From: Mobula hypostoma
Lineage: Eukaryota
Assembly: GCF_963921235.1 (NCBI RefSeq)
Contig: NC_086118.1
Coordinates: 21,950,001 to 22,014,000, forward strand
Length of the DNA stretch: 64,000 bases
Reading direction: 5' to 3'
Part shown: one piece after another, positions 49,410 through 61,389 of the stretch
How positions within the stretch are numbered: the first letter of the stretch is position 1
Layout of the letters: every line of letters starts with the position of its first letter
Position numbers and translations under genes: made by a program
Notes under the pieces: model-generated
What the model was told of the DNA's origin: nothing
Database searches by the model: none
Seen by the model: only the letters and a program-made list of their open reading frames with translations

Positions 49410-49730
49410 ATAGAGCTGCTGCAACCTTGCTTCAGTGGTAGAGTGAATAAATGTTTCTTGATCAGTGACTATTAAGCAGGCTGCTATTTCCTGTACGAGT
49501 ATAAGCTTCTTGCGAGCTGCTGAAGCTGAACTTATCTGTGCAAATAGAGAGTATTCCCTTACATGCCTGACCTGAGCCTTGTTGAGCAGGATTTAAAGAG
49601 TTAGCAGGTAAATTACTTGTCATAGGATTCCTAGCTTCTGGCCTGCTCTTGCAGCCATATTGCATATGCGGATACTGCAGTTTAAACTTGGTCAACCGTC
49701 CCTCAGGATTCAGTAATGGGATTGCCATTG
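49410..49730 (-). mobile_element. Ancient LINE remnant related to 6715-7800
   Basis: Reverse complement resembles 6720-6900 (e.g. GCAGGCTGCTATTTCCTG...AGAGTATTCC...CATGCCTGACCTG). Confidence 0.5.
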
Positions 49731-49854
49731 AACGTCAGAGATTGTTAGCTGGATTGGAGCAGCTTGTTGTTAAGCGAGTGCTGTTTGGTAGCACTGTTGA
49801 TGATCCCATAGAATTAAATTGTAATAAGTTCTATTGTATTTGTAAAATAGAATA

Positions 49855-50245
49855 CAGTGAATTCCAATTTATTGAGACACATTCGGAACAGTATATTTTA
49901 ACCTCGTTAAGCAGCTGCACCAGTTAGCTGAAGTTTCATGAAAATAGTTAAAAAGGTATTAAAAAAATAAACTAGTTTAACCAACAATTTATGTAGTTAA
50001 ATGAAATACAGAACAAATTAGAACACTGCCAGTACCTGTACAGCACTATAAAACTGAGTATTACTTCCTAATGGTTATCAACAGAAGAATTCATCCTATG
50101 TTCTTTTAACTGTCTCTTAATGAACAAGGTCAACACAGACACCTAGTGCAGATAATGGACTGCCTTCACACAATGCTCTGAATGATTGCATCCTCCACAT
50201 TTTCATTTTCATTGTAACATTCAAGATGATTGTCGATACCTTCAC
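49855..50245. mobile_element. pogo/Tigger-like DNA transposon end fragment
   Basis: Starts TA|CAGTGAATTCC with a subterminal imperfect hairpin. Family call is from recall only. Confidence 0.5.
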
Positions 50246-52014
50246 AACATGCAAGATTCTTAGACATAGAGAATAATACATTATTCAATTAATTAAATCT
50301 ATATCAAAAAGACACACCACTGACAAAGACAGACAATAATACAGCTAACTGAATTTCAGGGTCATCTTTAGAAAATTATAGTTTTTTTTACATGCCATCC
50401 TTTTTTTTAATCTCCGTGAATTAAAATCATTTAGTTCTGAAAGTGAAGAATAACAATTGTGCGGTATTATTATATCTGTTGAATCTACTGCCTACAAAAC
50501 ACTTGAGGGGAGAAATTCACCTTAAAGAGCAGAACAAACCAGACAATAGTGCTCAGACTGTCTAGAATAAGTCTGGCATATTAGTCAGTTCCATTATTGT
50601 TAAAAATTTAAAAGCGGCTTCTCAATGTTGGCTTTCAAAAAGTCATATTGAAAACTGCAACATTAAATAATAACAGGGTTATAAAATGCACAAATTGGAA
50701 CATCTGTCCACATGCATATTTGAAAATAAAGTCACAATGAAACTAAATAAAATATTGTGACAGCATGATATTGAAAATTATGGTCATATATGCATATTAA
50801 TTTATTTAATTCTAACGTTTAGAAAGAATAGACTGGACTGTCAGTGTAACCTTCTGTTTAAATGAGCTCTTATGATGGGAGACCCTCTTTACCTAAAGCA
50901 TTTAAACTCCCAAAAACTAAATCAGAGTGCTCTTCCTAAAAGGACATCTGTAAGGCACTGATCATCTTATGAGTCCTTTGAAGATATTCTTTGTCGTAAT
51001 CTTTTCTATATTATTGAGGTAATCCATCCCTGAGTTCTTACCCGATGAGCTGACATTAAATAAGAATTTTCTCTTCATTCAAAATGCTTTGTTTTGCCCT
51101 GGTAGATGTTCAGCTTTTTGGAAATGATTGAATTTATAATTTATATGCTTCTTAATTTGGAATACAATCTTCCTATCTGCTCAGAAAATGGCTCCAATCT
51201 AAAGACCTGACCTTTTTCTCCAACCAATCCAATCTCTTACTATTTCAATTGTTTTGGAGGAGGGAAATGAAATTCACCCCATGAATAAAACTTGTCCCTT
51301 TATTTCAATAAGTAAAAAACACCGATGTCACCTGCATGCATTTACTTTCAACTACTGAGAAAAAAAATGAGTGTTTTCAGGCTGTTAAGGGAGGAAACTG
51401 AAAAGGAAGAGATCTGAAGAGGTAATGCATGGAAACAAAACTGATACACTGATAAGCACTTAACCCCGTTAGTCTGACATTAGTGCACTCAACACTTTTT
51501 TAATGGGAAGGTTAAGTTGAAAAGTTAAAAGTGCAGATGACAGGGATATCCTCCTCTGCAATGAGTCAAGAATGCACTAAGGTGCAGTCTGGGTCATAAT
51601 CTAGTTGATGACCGACTCACCATCCAGTTATTCATCAATCAACTTTCTATTAAAGGTCACTGTTGAAGCTGTATTGGGAGCTTTGGTCATGATCAAATAT
51701 TTCCCTGATAGGGACAGAGTCAAAGAAACACATGCCTTTGCATTCAAAGTTTTCCTACAGTTGTGAATATAGAACATTTTCTTACAGTCTTCTGGAAGTG
51801 ACATGAATATAGTATAAAATTAAAATGTTTCCTTATGAACTAATTTACTTCTTTTTTTCCAAAATTCCACATGAAGCTCTCCAGGCTGCCTGACTTTATG
51901 GGATCCTATCAACTGTGTCAACTGGGCATGTGGCCAGTGTCTGTGGACAGTGAACCTATTTCACCGATCACTCTGCTTCTTTCACACTGGATCAGAGAAA
52001 TTTATGATTAAATG

Positions 52015-52382
52015 CCTTTCCCTCTCTCTCTCTCTCTCTCTCCCCCTCTCCCTCTCCCTCTCCCTCTTCCCCCCTCTCTCTCTTTCGCTCCCTCTCCCTC
52101 CTTCTCCCTCTCCCTCTCCCCCCTCTCTCTTTCGCTCCCTCTCTCCCTTTCTCTCCCCCCTCTCCCTCTCCCCCTCTCTCTCTCCCTCCCCTCTCTCTCT
52201 CGCTCTCTCTCTCCCCCTCTCCCTCTCCTCCCTCTCTCCCCTCTTCCCCCTCTCTCCCCCTCTCCCCCCTCTCTCCCCCTCTCCCTCTCCCCTCTCCCTC
52301 TCCCTCCTTCTCCCTCTCCCTCTCCCCCTCTCTCTCTCCCTCTCTCTCCCCCTCTCCCTCTCCCCTCTGTCTCTCCCTCCCT

Positions 52383-52420
<38 letters not shown>
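52015..52420. repeat. ~400-nt CT-rich polypyrimidine/polypurine tract
   Basis: Almost exclusively C/T on the plus strand: (CT)n and (CTCTCC)n variants. Confidence 0.98.
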
Positions 52421-52423
<3 letters not shown>

Positions 52424-53424
52424 CGCCTCCCCATTAAGTGATTAAAGGTTTTCCTCACCAAAGGGTTTGCGGTGCTGTTTAATAATTTATTTTGGCTCAG
52501 CCTTGCAGAAAATACAATAGAATTTAGCCAGAGGAAAAGTGCAGCATGGTTTGATAAGAAAGGAGAGTAATAGATTGACCACATTCTATCGTGCCTGAGG
52601 CCTACGTTGCCACAAGGAAGAGAGCTTTTATTTTAAATATCCCCAATAATGTATGATTTGCAAAACAGATGGTGTCATACATTGTGTCAAATTGACAGCA
52701 ATATTGTGTCAAGACATGAGGTTTAATCATAGCTGCTTGGAATTCAAAACTGCAATTAAAACTTCCGTTTGCTTCTCACAGACACAGGGCAGATCATGTG
52801 ACTCTCTAAAAGATGATTTTCTCATGACCGTCCTTCGTTTACAAATGAGGAAATTCATTCTCAAATGTTCTCTTTCAATTCTGAGTCAAAAGAAATCCTG
52901 GGTTTACAATGTATTTTGATAAATTGTGTCAGGGAAAACAAAAATCAGAAATAAGAATACAGAGGGCATTTTGAAGTCTCTTTAGAAACTTTGTTGCCTC
53001 TTGTTATCAATCTAAGGGGCTTTGCAACCTTCAAAGTTTAGCTTTGTGATTATTCCAGGAATGTGACTGATTCTTGTCACACAGACTGCCAAGTTGTGTG
53101 CCTGGTAAAAGCTGGTAAGAGTATCAATAACGTTCCTTGCTGTGAAATAAGGAGAAGTTTTGTGGCAAATCCTTTAAAGACGTCCCTTAGAAAAACACAG
53201 AACTCTTTGGAGCTGACTTTTGTGAGAAGGCTGCAAGAGGCAATTGTGAATAACGTAGAGCCACCAGTGATTCTTGTGGGGATATGTTTGACTTTAGGGC
53301 TACTATTCACTCTAGTCACACATTAAAAACTTTCCATCAGTGTTATGAAGAACATTGGCTCTGTTTATTGAATAATTTTCACAAACATTCCATCTTAATA
53401 TTTGCTTTGTCTGGAAAGGCTCCA

Positions 53425-54000
53425 AAGGTAGTCATAGCCGAAGGGTGGTAGAGGGAACGAGCTCCCACTGCTAAACAAATGCTCTTCATGGCGTGCGTCT
53501 CAAACAGCCTCTGACAACCAAGTCCAACTCCTGGCCTTCACGTGTGGCATAGTTCATATGCCCTGCAGAGCTGTTCTCACTGACAGGAGAAGGGGCAAAG
53601 GCAGGCCACTGGCACCTTAAAACCAGTTGCTCTGGGCAGATGGGGCTCGTTAACGCTCATCTAGGAGAAGGAAAACTCTGATTTCCCTTGCGGCTATACC
53701 CGCTCATGGGAAAGGCTTTGGGAATAAACCCCAAGAAAAAATCCAGAGTCGGAGTCCCGAAGGCGGCTGACTGCTGTACCCAGCATCGGCACGGCAACTC
53801 CTGCGATGCTGCTGGCACCAAACTGTATGGACTTTCGTCGTTCTTTTGGACCTGTCATCAGCATGGAGAGGGTGGTCCCACTACATGGGCAGCAGACAGA
53901 TCTCCATATCAAGTTTGCCCTGGCTTGCACCCTGGAGAGGCCACTCCCCAGTGACTACCAGAGGCGCAGTACCCATGATCGACCATGACGGAGGCCACAC
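53425..54000 (+). mobile_element. RTE-5'UTR-derived non-autonomous element (copy 2)
   Basis: Paralog of 37436-37980. Contains CTAGGAGAAGGAAAACTCTGATT, a motif I recall from RTE 5'UTRs. Confidence 0.72.
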
Positions 54001-54020
54001 ACGCATGTCTGGAGAGAAAG

Positions 54021-56025
54021 TTCGAACTTCAAAGTAAAGTTATTATCAAAGCACATACATGTTACCATCTACAGGCCCGAGATATGTTTTCTTGCGGGCT
54101 TCCTCTGTAAATCCAATAACCTGTCATGGTCCAGATCGGGGTCCCTTTAAATTTACCTTGTTTATGTTACGATCCGGACCGTTGATTCCCTGTTTTCCCG
54201 TGTCCCTCGACTTTGGCGATTAGAGGCAATTAACACTCGGCTGAACCGGTAGTTTATAGTCTCCGGCTTTCAGCCGTTCGGCGCGGGAGCGTCTCCAAAG
54301 TCATCAAAAGTACGGTGTGCCGATGTCATCTGGCCGGAGCAAGCCTAGTCTCCGCCGAAGCGAGTGCTGGTAATTTGCCCTTCCTCACCGAAGTGAGCCT
54401 GCAAAGTTTCCTCACCGAGGTGGGTCCATCAGTTAACCCGCCGGAGAGAATCAAGAACCGCTGTCTACTGTTCCCGGGCCGAGTCGAGAGCTCACCACTA
54501 CCCGGAGGCTCCAAGTCAAGTCCTGGCTCTGGCGGCATTCAAGCACCAAGTCAAGTCCTTGCCCTGGCGGCTTCCCAGTTCTGAGTCAAGTCCTGGCCCT
54601 GGTGGTCTGTGATTCCTGTCCTATCCCCTTGTCTGATTCCCTTCTCTGCCCCTCTTGCCTCTAGCCCTCGTCTGCATTCCCCGCCTGCACTTCGATCTAG
54701 TTCCATCACCGGAGCTAGATAGGTACTGTCTGGTGTTCATTTGTGTTGGTCTTGTCCTGTCCTCGCCTCCGTGAGGTAAGTCAGGCCGTCCTGCCGTTGC
54801 CCCACAGAGGGTCTTGAGTCCCGGCCCTATGTCCTGTACCCAAGGAGGGGTCCCGGCTCTCTGTTCTGTGTGCGAGTCCCAGCCCTATGTCCTGTACCCA
54901 AGGAGGGCTTCCGGCTCTCTGTTCCGTGTGTAAGTCCCGACACTATATCCTGTACCCAAGGAGGGGTCCCGACTCTGTGTTCTGTGTATGTCTATGGTTC
55001 CATGTACCTGCTCTCCCGAGACCGAGGCTCTGTTTTCCATGTTCTTCCTCTCCCTAGCCATGCCTGGTTCTGGGGTCCGAGCCCGAGGCAAGACCCAGGT
55101 ACTGGGTCCTTGCCCAGTCTCTGGCTTGGAGCCCATACCCTAGCCTCTTCATGTCTCCTCTAGTTCTGGGAGCCGATTCCGAGTCCAAGCCCAGACCCTT
55201 GGTCCCAGCCTAGTCGTAGTCCTCAGTCCGCTATTCCTACTCCTGCCTTGCTCTCCTGGTTTCGAACAATGAACTAAATCTAATTACCCTCACAAGATGT
55301 GTCTTGCATTTGGGTCCACCCTTGCTCCCAATGCCCCACCACTGTGACATAATCATAATAGAATCAGTGAAAGACCGCTTTAACAGGACGGACAGACAAT
55401 GTGCAAAAGACAACAATCTGTGCAAATACATAAGAAAAAAAGGCAATAATGAAAGTAAATAAATAAGCAATAAATATGAAGAGCATAAGATGAAGGGTCC
55501 TTGGCAGTGAGTCTGTAGGTTGTGGGAACAATTCAGTCAGCAATGACACAAGTGAAGTTGAGTGAAATTAACCGTGTTGGTTCAAGACCCTGGTGGTTGT
55601 GGAGCGATAACTGTTTGTGAATCAGCCGTGTAAGTCCTGAGGCTCCTGCACCTTCATCCTGATGGCAGCTGTGTGAAGAGAGCATGACCTGGGTGCTGGG
55701 GTCCCTGATGATGGATACCGTTTTCCTGCGGCACTAGTCTGCATAGATGTGCTCAATAGAGGAATGGCTTTACCCGTGACGGACTGGGTCATATCTACTA
55801 TTTTTTGTAATATTTTATGTTCAAGAGCATTAGTGTTTCCATATCAGGCTGTGATGCTGCCAGTCAATATTCTTTCCACCATGCATCTACAAGTTTGCCA
55901 AAGTTTTTGATGTCATGCTGAATCTTTGCAAACTTCTATGAAAGTAGAGGCACTCCATGCTTTCTTCATAATCGCACTTGTGTCTGGGCCCAGGACTGAG
56001 CTTCCGAAATGTTAACACTGAGGAA
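54021..56025 (-). mobile_element. Rex1/Babar LINE 3' fragment, interrupted by a solo LTR
   Basis: Tail and UTR are colinear with 17638-18020 on both sides of the LTR. Decayed coding region at ~55580-56025. Confidence 0.88.
54122..55349 (+). mobile_element. Solo LTR (Gypsy-type), 1228 bp, GC/CpG-rich, with internal tandem repeats
   Basis: Termini TGTCATGG...CTGTGACA. 5-bp TSD TAACC (54117-21) / TAATC (55350-54). Cleanly splits a Rex 3'UTR. Confidence 0.9.
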
Positions 56026-56359
56026 CACCAAAGAACACACATCATTAATACCTGAGAACATAATTACCTGGACATAATAATGAAGATCTGTTTACTGCCT
56101 CCTCTTGGGAATGAAATCTGTATTCACAGCTGATTTTATACAAAGCAGATTGTTTGCACTTCAGTATTATGTGTACCTATAATATTGATGATTTCAGATT
56201 AATGTTAGCTTACGGCTTGAACTTCTCATCAACAACACTGAAGGTTAGGTCAGTTACCTTGGCTGATTCAACTCTTTTGGGGTTGCACTGTTGGAGGAAG
56301 GGGGTAAATGGAATTCTCTATGTCTGCATCAATGTATGGAATCTGAAATGTTTCTGGAA

Positions 56360-57365
56360 TTGGTTACAGATTGGATTGGTGGTAGCAGTCAAAGAGAGGT
56401 AGTAGAGGGTTCTTTTTCAGATTGGAGATCTGTGACCAGAGGGGTGCCGTACGCTATCCACTTATCCATCACCTATATTCACGGTTTGGATAATGATGTA
56501 ATTGCCATGGTTAGTAGGTTTGTGAATGACATCAATAGTCGATGGTTAAGACGGTTATCTAAAGTTATAACAGGAGCTGGATCAACTAAGAGAGTAAGTC
56601 AAGGAATAGCAGATGGAATTTAACTTGGGTGAGGGTGAGTGTTGCATTTTGGGAAGTTAAATCAGGGTAGGACCTAACGAATAATGGGTGACTGTTGTAG
56701 AACAGTGAGCACTAAGGGTACAAGTACATAGCTCCCTGAAAGTAGCAACACAGGTAGATAGGATGGTGAAAATGTTTGGCATGATTTCCTTAGTCAGGGC
56801 ATTGAGTATGAGAGTTGAGATGACATGTTACAGCTGTGCAAGACATTGGTAAGACCACGTTTGGAGTATTGTGTGCTGATCTGGTCACCCAGCTATAGAA
56901 AAGATGTCATTTAGCTGGAAACGGTGCAGAAGAGATTCACAGGATGCTTCTGGAAAGTGTTTTAAGTTATTAGATAGGCTGGGGCGTTTACCCAGGAACA
57001 TAGAAGGCTGAGGGGCGAGCCTATGGAGGTTTACAAAATCATGAAAGGTTTAGATAAGGTGGATGGTCTGAGTCTTTTTTCCCCAGGATAGAGGAGTATA
57101 GAACTAGAAGGCAGAGCTTTAAAGTGAGAGGGGAAGTTTGTTAAAGGGTCACGAGAGGCAAGCTTTTCACATAGGTGGGCATCAGGAATGAGATCCCAGA
57201 GGAAGTAGGTTACAATTACAATGCTTAAAGGTACTTACACAGTTACATAGCCAGGAAAGGTTTAGAGGGTTATGGACCTAACGCAAGGAAAGAGACCAGC
57301 TCCGCTGGTTAGGCACTTTGGTTGGATCACGGAGCCTGTTTCAATGCCATATAGCTCTCTGACTA
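56360..57365 (+). mobile_element. Decayed CR1 RT / 3' fragment
   Basis: QREVVEGSFSDWRSVTRGVP, then downstream LVRPRLEYCV. Confidence 0.88.
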
Positions 57366-57399
57366 AATCTCTCCCTTCTTTCTGAAATGTATCTTCTTT

Positions 57400-57850
57400 T
57401 AAAGCAATGTTCCACTGATTCTCCTCTGGCACAGAACAAGAATAGACTTCCCCTGCTGTTCTCCTTTTACCTCACCAGCCTGTGCATTCAACACATAATT
57501 TTCCACAATTTGCATGGCTTTCAAAAGAGATTTCACCACCAGACACATCTACCTCTCTCCTCCTCTGCTTACACTGCATTTCACAGCTCCTACATTCTTT
57601 AGTCTGGTTAACCTCATTGACCAGATAACCTTCATTTCTGCTTACTCCCAAGTTTAACCTTACAGAGACATCACCCCCCTGCTCTCCCTGCAGTTTAACA
57701 AGTTCCCTTTGTCTCCTTCCCAGTTCAATTGAAGGATCTTTGATCTAAAGTGTTCGCTCTATTTCCTTTTCCACAGATAAAGCCTGAGCTGCTGTATATT
57801 TCCAGCATTTTCTGTTTTTATTTTGGATTTTCAGCATCTGTAGCTTTCCC
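57400..57850 (+). mobile_element. Ancient Penelope remnant
   Basis: KNRLPLLFSFY...IQHIIFHN matches the reverse complement of ~36600-36680. pLTR end TTTCAGCATCTG. Confidence 0.6.
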
Positions 57851-59756
57851 TTATTTTCATATATCTGTATATTAATTGTACGTTTAAGTTTTTTTATTTT
57901 ATTAGTGCGGATTAGGCCCATCTGATCGTTTGAACCGCGCTTCCCAGCAACCCCCGATACAACCATGGAATCATTCGCAATCTGTGTGAGCCTTTGAGGA
58001 TCGATTTAACCTAACATGCCAGATGTGAACCAATGGGATTGAGCAGGCTTTTGGCTTCCTACCCATTCAATATCACTATCAACGGAAAATAAAATTAACC
58101 AGAGAATAAAATCAATGTTCCACATAATCCCATCACTTTTCCAATAGGCATGCTGGGTTGAAATAGTGCCTGTGTACTTTGTTCCATTGTGCTTGTGTCC
58201 ATATGTCTTTGTGCAGTCTATCAGTCTATTTTAAATCATGCAAACCTGATTTAATATGCTCCACTTGCTAATACAGCTCTCGTTGAAAATATGAAACAAT
58301 AAGTACTGACAAACTTCACAGAATAAAATTGATCATTGGATTCTTTATTTTAAAAGCTAATTGCTTTTGGTACAGATGCCAAAAATTATGCCCAAACAGG
58401 GCACTGAATCAGTTTGAAGGAATTGGCTAAATCTGAGCTGACATACAGTACAGCTGCTGGAAAACACTTAAGTGACTGAGAACCCATTGTTTCCATGTGG
58501 AGACATTTTGGAATCACACAAATGAGCTTAATAAGCTGCGGATGCTACTTTGCAGATTTCAAAACGAGCAGCATGGTATTGTTTCGAGATATGCCGCATT
58601 TTATCCAAATTGATTTGATGCTCCCTCTGTAAAGCAGCTTGTACACTGGAATCCATAGGGAGAGTCTAATGACATCTCTTCCATGATTTTCAACTCAAAT
58701 TGACATTAAGTTAATTGAATTTACATTTAGGAAGAGGCACTATAATTTGATTTGATCTGTACGAATAGCTATGTGGTATTATGTGGTTATTTGTGGGAGC
58801 AAACAGGAGCCTGGAGTGAAACAAATCAAAAATTTTACAGAGGATTGTGTGTCCAGCATCTTGGGTCCTGGTGGTGTAGAAGCCCAAAGGGTTGAAGAGA
58901 ATATTCTGCAATAGGAATTACTTTCATTAAGCATAATTGCAAACAAAATCAGAGAAAATAATATTATTTTTAAAGGTTCATATTATTTTAACACTTCTGG
59001 GGCAATTATTACATTTTCTGTGAGCAGTAACGTTCCCAGTTTGACTGGAGTCTGGTAATTTGCAATTATCAAGACTCCGGGTGAACATTATGCTCCAGGT
59101 TTTCTTGGCTCTGTTTGTCTTTGACTTTTCTTGTCTCACTGGCAGAAAGACACAGCAACAAAGGCAATATACATTCACAACTCATTTAAGACCCTGAACT
59201 CACAGGAAGAATGATCTTTCACACGCTGATTGCAAGTTTTTCTTTAGTATAAAGATCTGATTATATGTTTTTGTTGAATAATTTGTGCATTTTATTAAAG
59301 AGGCATGTTAATATCATGAAAGTGTGGTTTAATTGTAATAATTTTCTTTAAATAGCATATTTGCTTACAACATAGAATGCAGTCATGATACTGAGAGGGA
59401 CGCTGAACCCTGTGCTGTTCATCTGAGTGTAACCATCTTTATTTATCCTCCACCTCCTGAATAATAGCTGGTAAGCCAACTTTATGTCAACCTAAGGTAG
59501 ACAAATACAGCTAGCTCATACTACACACCTTCCACTTAGATTGAACTTCGTTTACCAATCGTAAGAGGTTATAACTTAATAAAAGTATACAGATTATAAC
59601 TAGCCCCGATACAGAACCAAATTATTTCCTCCTGTGCTGAAGTAGACTGCTTAACCCTAGACACGAGGAAATCTGCAGATGCTGGAATTTCAAGCAACAC
59701 ACATAAAAGTTGCTGGTGAACGCAGCTGGCCAGGCAGCATCTCTAGGAAGAGGTAC

Positions 59757-59792
59757 AGTCGACGTTTCGGGCCGAGACCCTTCGTCAGGACT
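59757..59792 (-). ncRNA. Minimal type I hammerhead ribozyme (PLE-type), intact core
   Basis: Minus strand reads AGUC-CUGACGA-A-GGGU CUCG GCCC-GAAAC-GUC^-GACU. Stem I AGUC/GACU, 4-bp stem II, palindromic ACGU stem III. Confidence 0.85.
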
Positions 59793-59827
59793 AACTGAAA
59801 GAAGTGCTAGTAAGAGTTTTGAAAGTT

Positions 59828-59863
59828 AATCCTGACGAAAGGTCTCGGCCTGAAACGTCGACT
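59828..59863 (+). ncRNA. Minimal type I hammerhead ribozyme (PLE-type), intact core, one stem I mismatch
   Basis: AAUC-CUGACGA-A-AGGU CUCG GCCU-GAAAC-GUC^-GACU. Confidence 0.75.
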
Positions 59864-60738
59864 GTACCTCTTCATAGAGATGCTGCCTGGCCTGCTGCGT
59901 TCACCAGCAACTTTGATGTGTGTTGCTTGAATTTCCAGCATCTGCAGAATTCCTGTTGTTTGCCTCTTCCTAGAGATGCTGCCTGGCCTGCTGCGTTCAC
60001 CAGCAACACTTATATATGTTGCTTAACCCTAGAACAAGTATAGGGGATTATCTTGCCCAATGACAGAATTTGTTGTAACGAACAAAGATAATCAGGTATG
60101 TTCATTTCAAGAATTAGGTCTTGCTGGTGCCATCTGAATTCCATTTAGGGTTTCTCCATTCAGAAATTACACATGTGGTTGAGGTTACACATGTGGAATG
60201 TGCTCTGAGTCAGGAACAGAAGCCAAGTCTTCCCTGAAGAAAGAGTATCTGCGAGCTGTTCTGGAACTCATGGTGGTAAGAGGTAGTCTACAAGAATGTG
60301 AACTGGCCTGTACTGATAATGGTCCCTTATGCTTGACAGCATTTCCAGTTTGCTTTGGATCTCTGAGATGCTGAACTGTCATCTTCTCTCCTGGACAGAA
60401 CATCTGGGAGCCCTGGCCATCTTATGATGAGATTATGGTTGGAAACAGTGGAGGACAAAGTGTGTTCCAAGTTTTCAAAAATTAGTCTGCAGTGTCCTTT
60501 GTCTCAATGTGCAAATATAAACAGAACTAACTTTGGGAAGAAGGAACCAAGAGAGAATCATGTTTTATCTAGGTGTTTTCAAAGCTCTATGACAGGCTGC
60601 TAAACTGCATGATTATCCAGTCTAATATGGAGGTAAAAACATGGGCAACCTTGATTTAGTTTAGGATTAAGCAAACCATAATAAGAAAATCCCAAGTCCC
60701 AAATTTTGAATTTTCTCTCTGTTTAAAAAATAATTTAG

Positions 60739-61387
60739 AAGGCCCACCAGCGCCTTTACTTCCTGAGAAAACTAATGAAATTTGGCCTGTCCCCTAAACC
60801 CTCACTAACTTTTATAGATGCACCATAGAAAGCATTCTTCTAGGGTGCATCACAACCTGGTATGGAAGTTGTCCTGTCCAAGACCGAAAGAAGCTGCAGA
60901 AGATCGTGAACATGGCGCATTACATCACACGAACCAATCTTCCGTCTGTGGACTCACTTTACACCGCACGCTGTTGGAGCAGTACTGCCAGGATAATCAA
61001 GGACATGACCCACCCAACCAACACACTTTTTGTCCCTCTTCCCTCCGGGAGAAGGCTCAGGAGCTTGAAGACTCGTACGGCCAGATTTGGGAACAGCTTC
61101 TTTCCAACTGTGATAAGACTGCTGGACGGATCCTGACCTGGATCTGGGCCGTACCCCACAAATATCCGGACCTGTCTCTCGGTTTTTTTGCACTACCTTA
61201 CTTTCCATTTTTCTATTTTCTATTTATGATTTATAATTTAAATTTTTAATATTTACTAATTTTTACTATTTTTAATATTTAATATTTGTAATCAAGGGAG
61301 TGGGAAGCGCAGAATCAAATATCGCTGTGATGATTGTACATTCTAGTACAAATTGTTTGGTGACAATAAAGTATGAAGTATAAAGTA
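60739..61387 (+). mobile_element. Rex1/Babar LINE 3' fragment
   Basis: KAHQRLYFLRKL...YRCTIESIL.GCITTWYG...HPTNTLFVPLPSGRRLRSLKTRTARFGNSFFPTVIRLL. Ends in AATAAAG plus a short repeat tail. Confidence 0.93.
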
Positions 61388-61389
61388 TT

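Larger units (their letters stand above)
59662..60019. mobile_element. Young Penelope-derived insertion: inverted pLTR pair plus a partial third copy
   Basis: TSD TGCTTAACCCTAGA at 59648-61 / 60020-33. Arms ~59662-59796 and ~59824-59959 are near-perfect reverse complements. Partial direct copy at 59963-60024. Confidence 0.93.

Noticed and set aside
51950..52584. Four long ORFs (138-200 aa; LSLSP- or RERG-rich)
   Set aside because: They are artefacts of a stop-free CT microsatellite.
53063..53326. 87-aa ORF with a hydrophobic C-terminus
   Set aside because: Non-ATG start, no family motif, and an antisense ORF of similar size.
60185..60403. 72-aa ORF in non-repetitive DNA
   Set aside because: No recognisable domain and no convincing splice sites; the length is compatible with chance.
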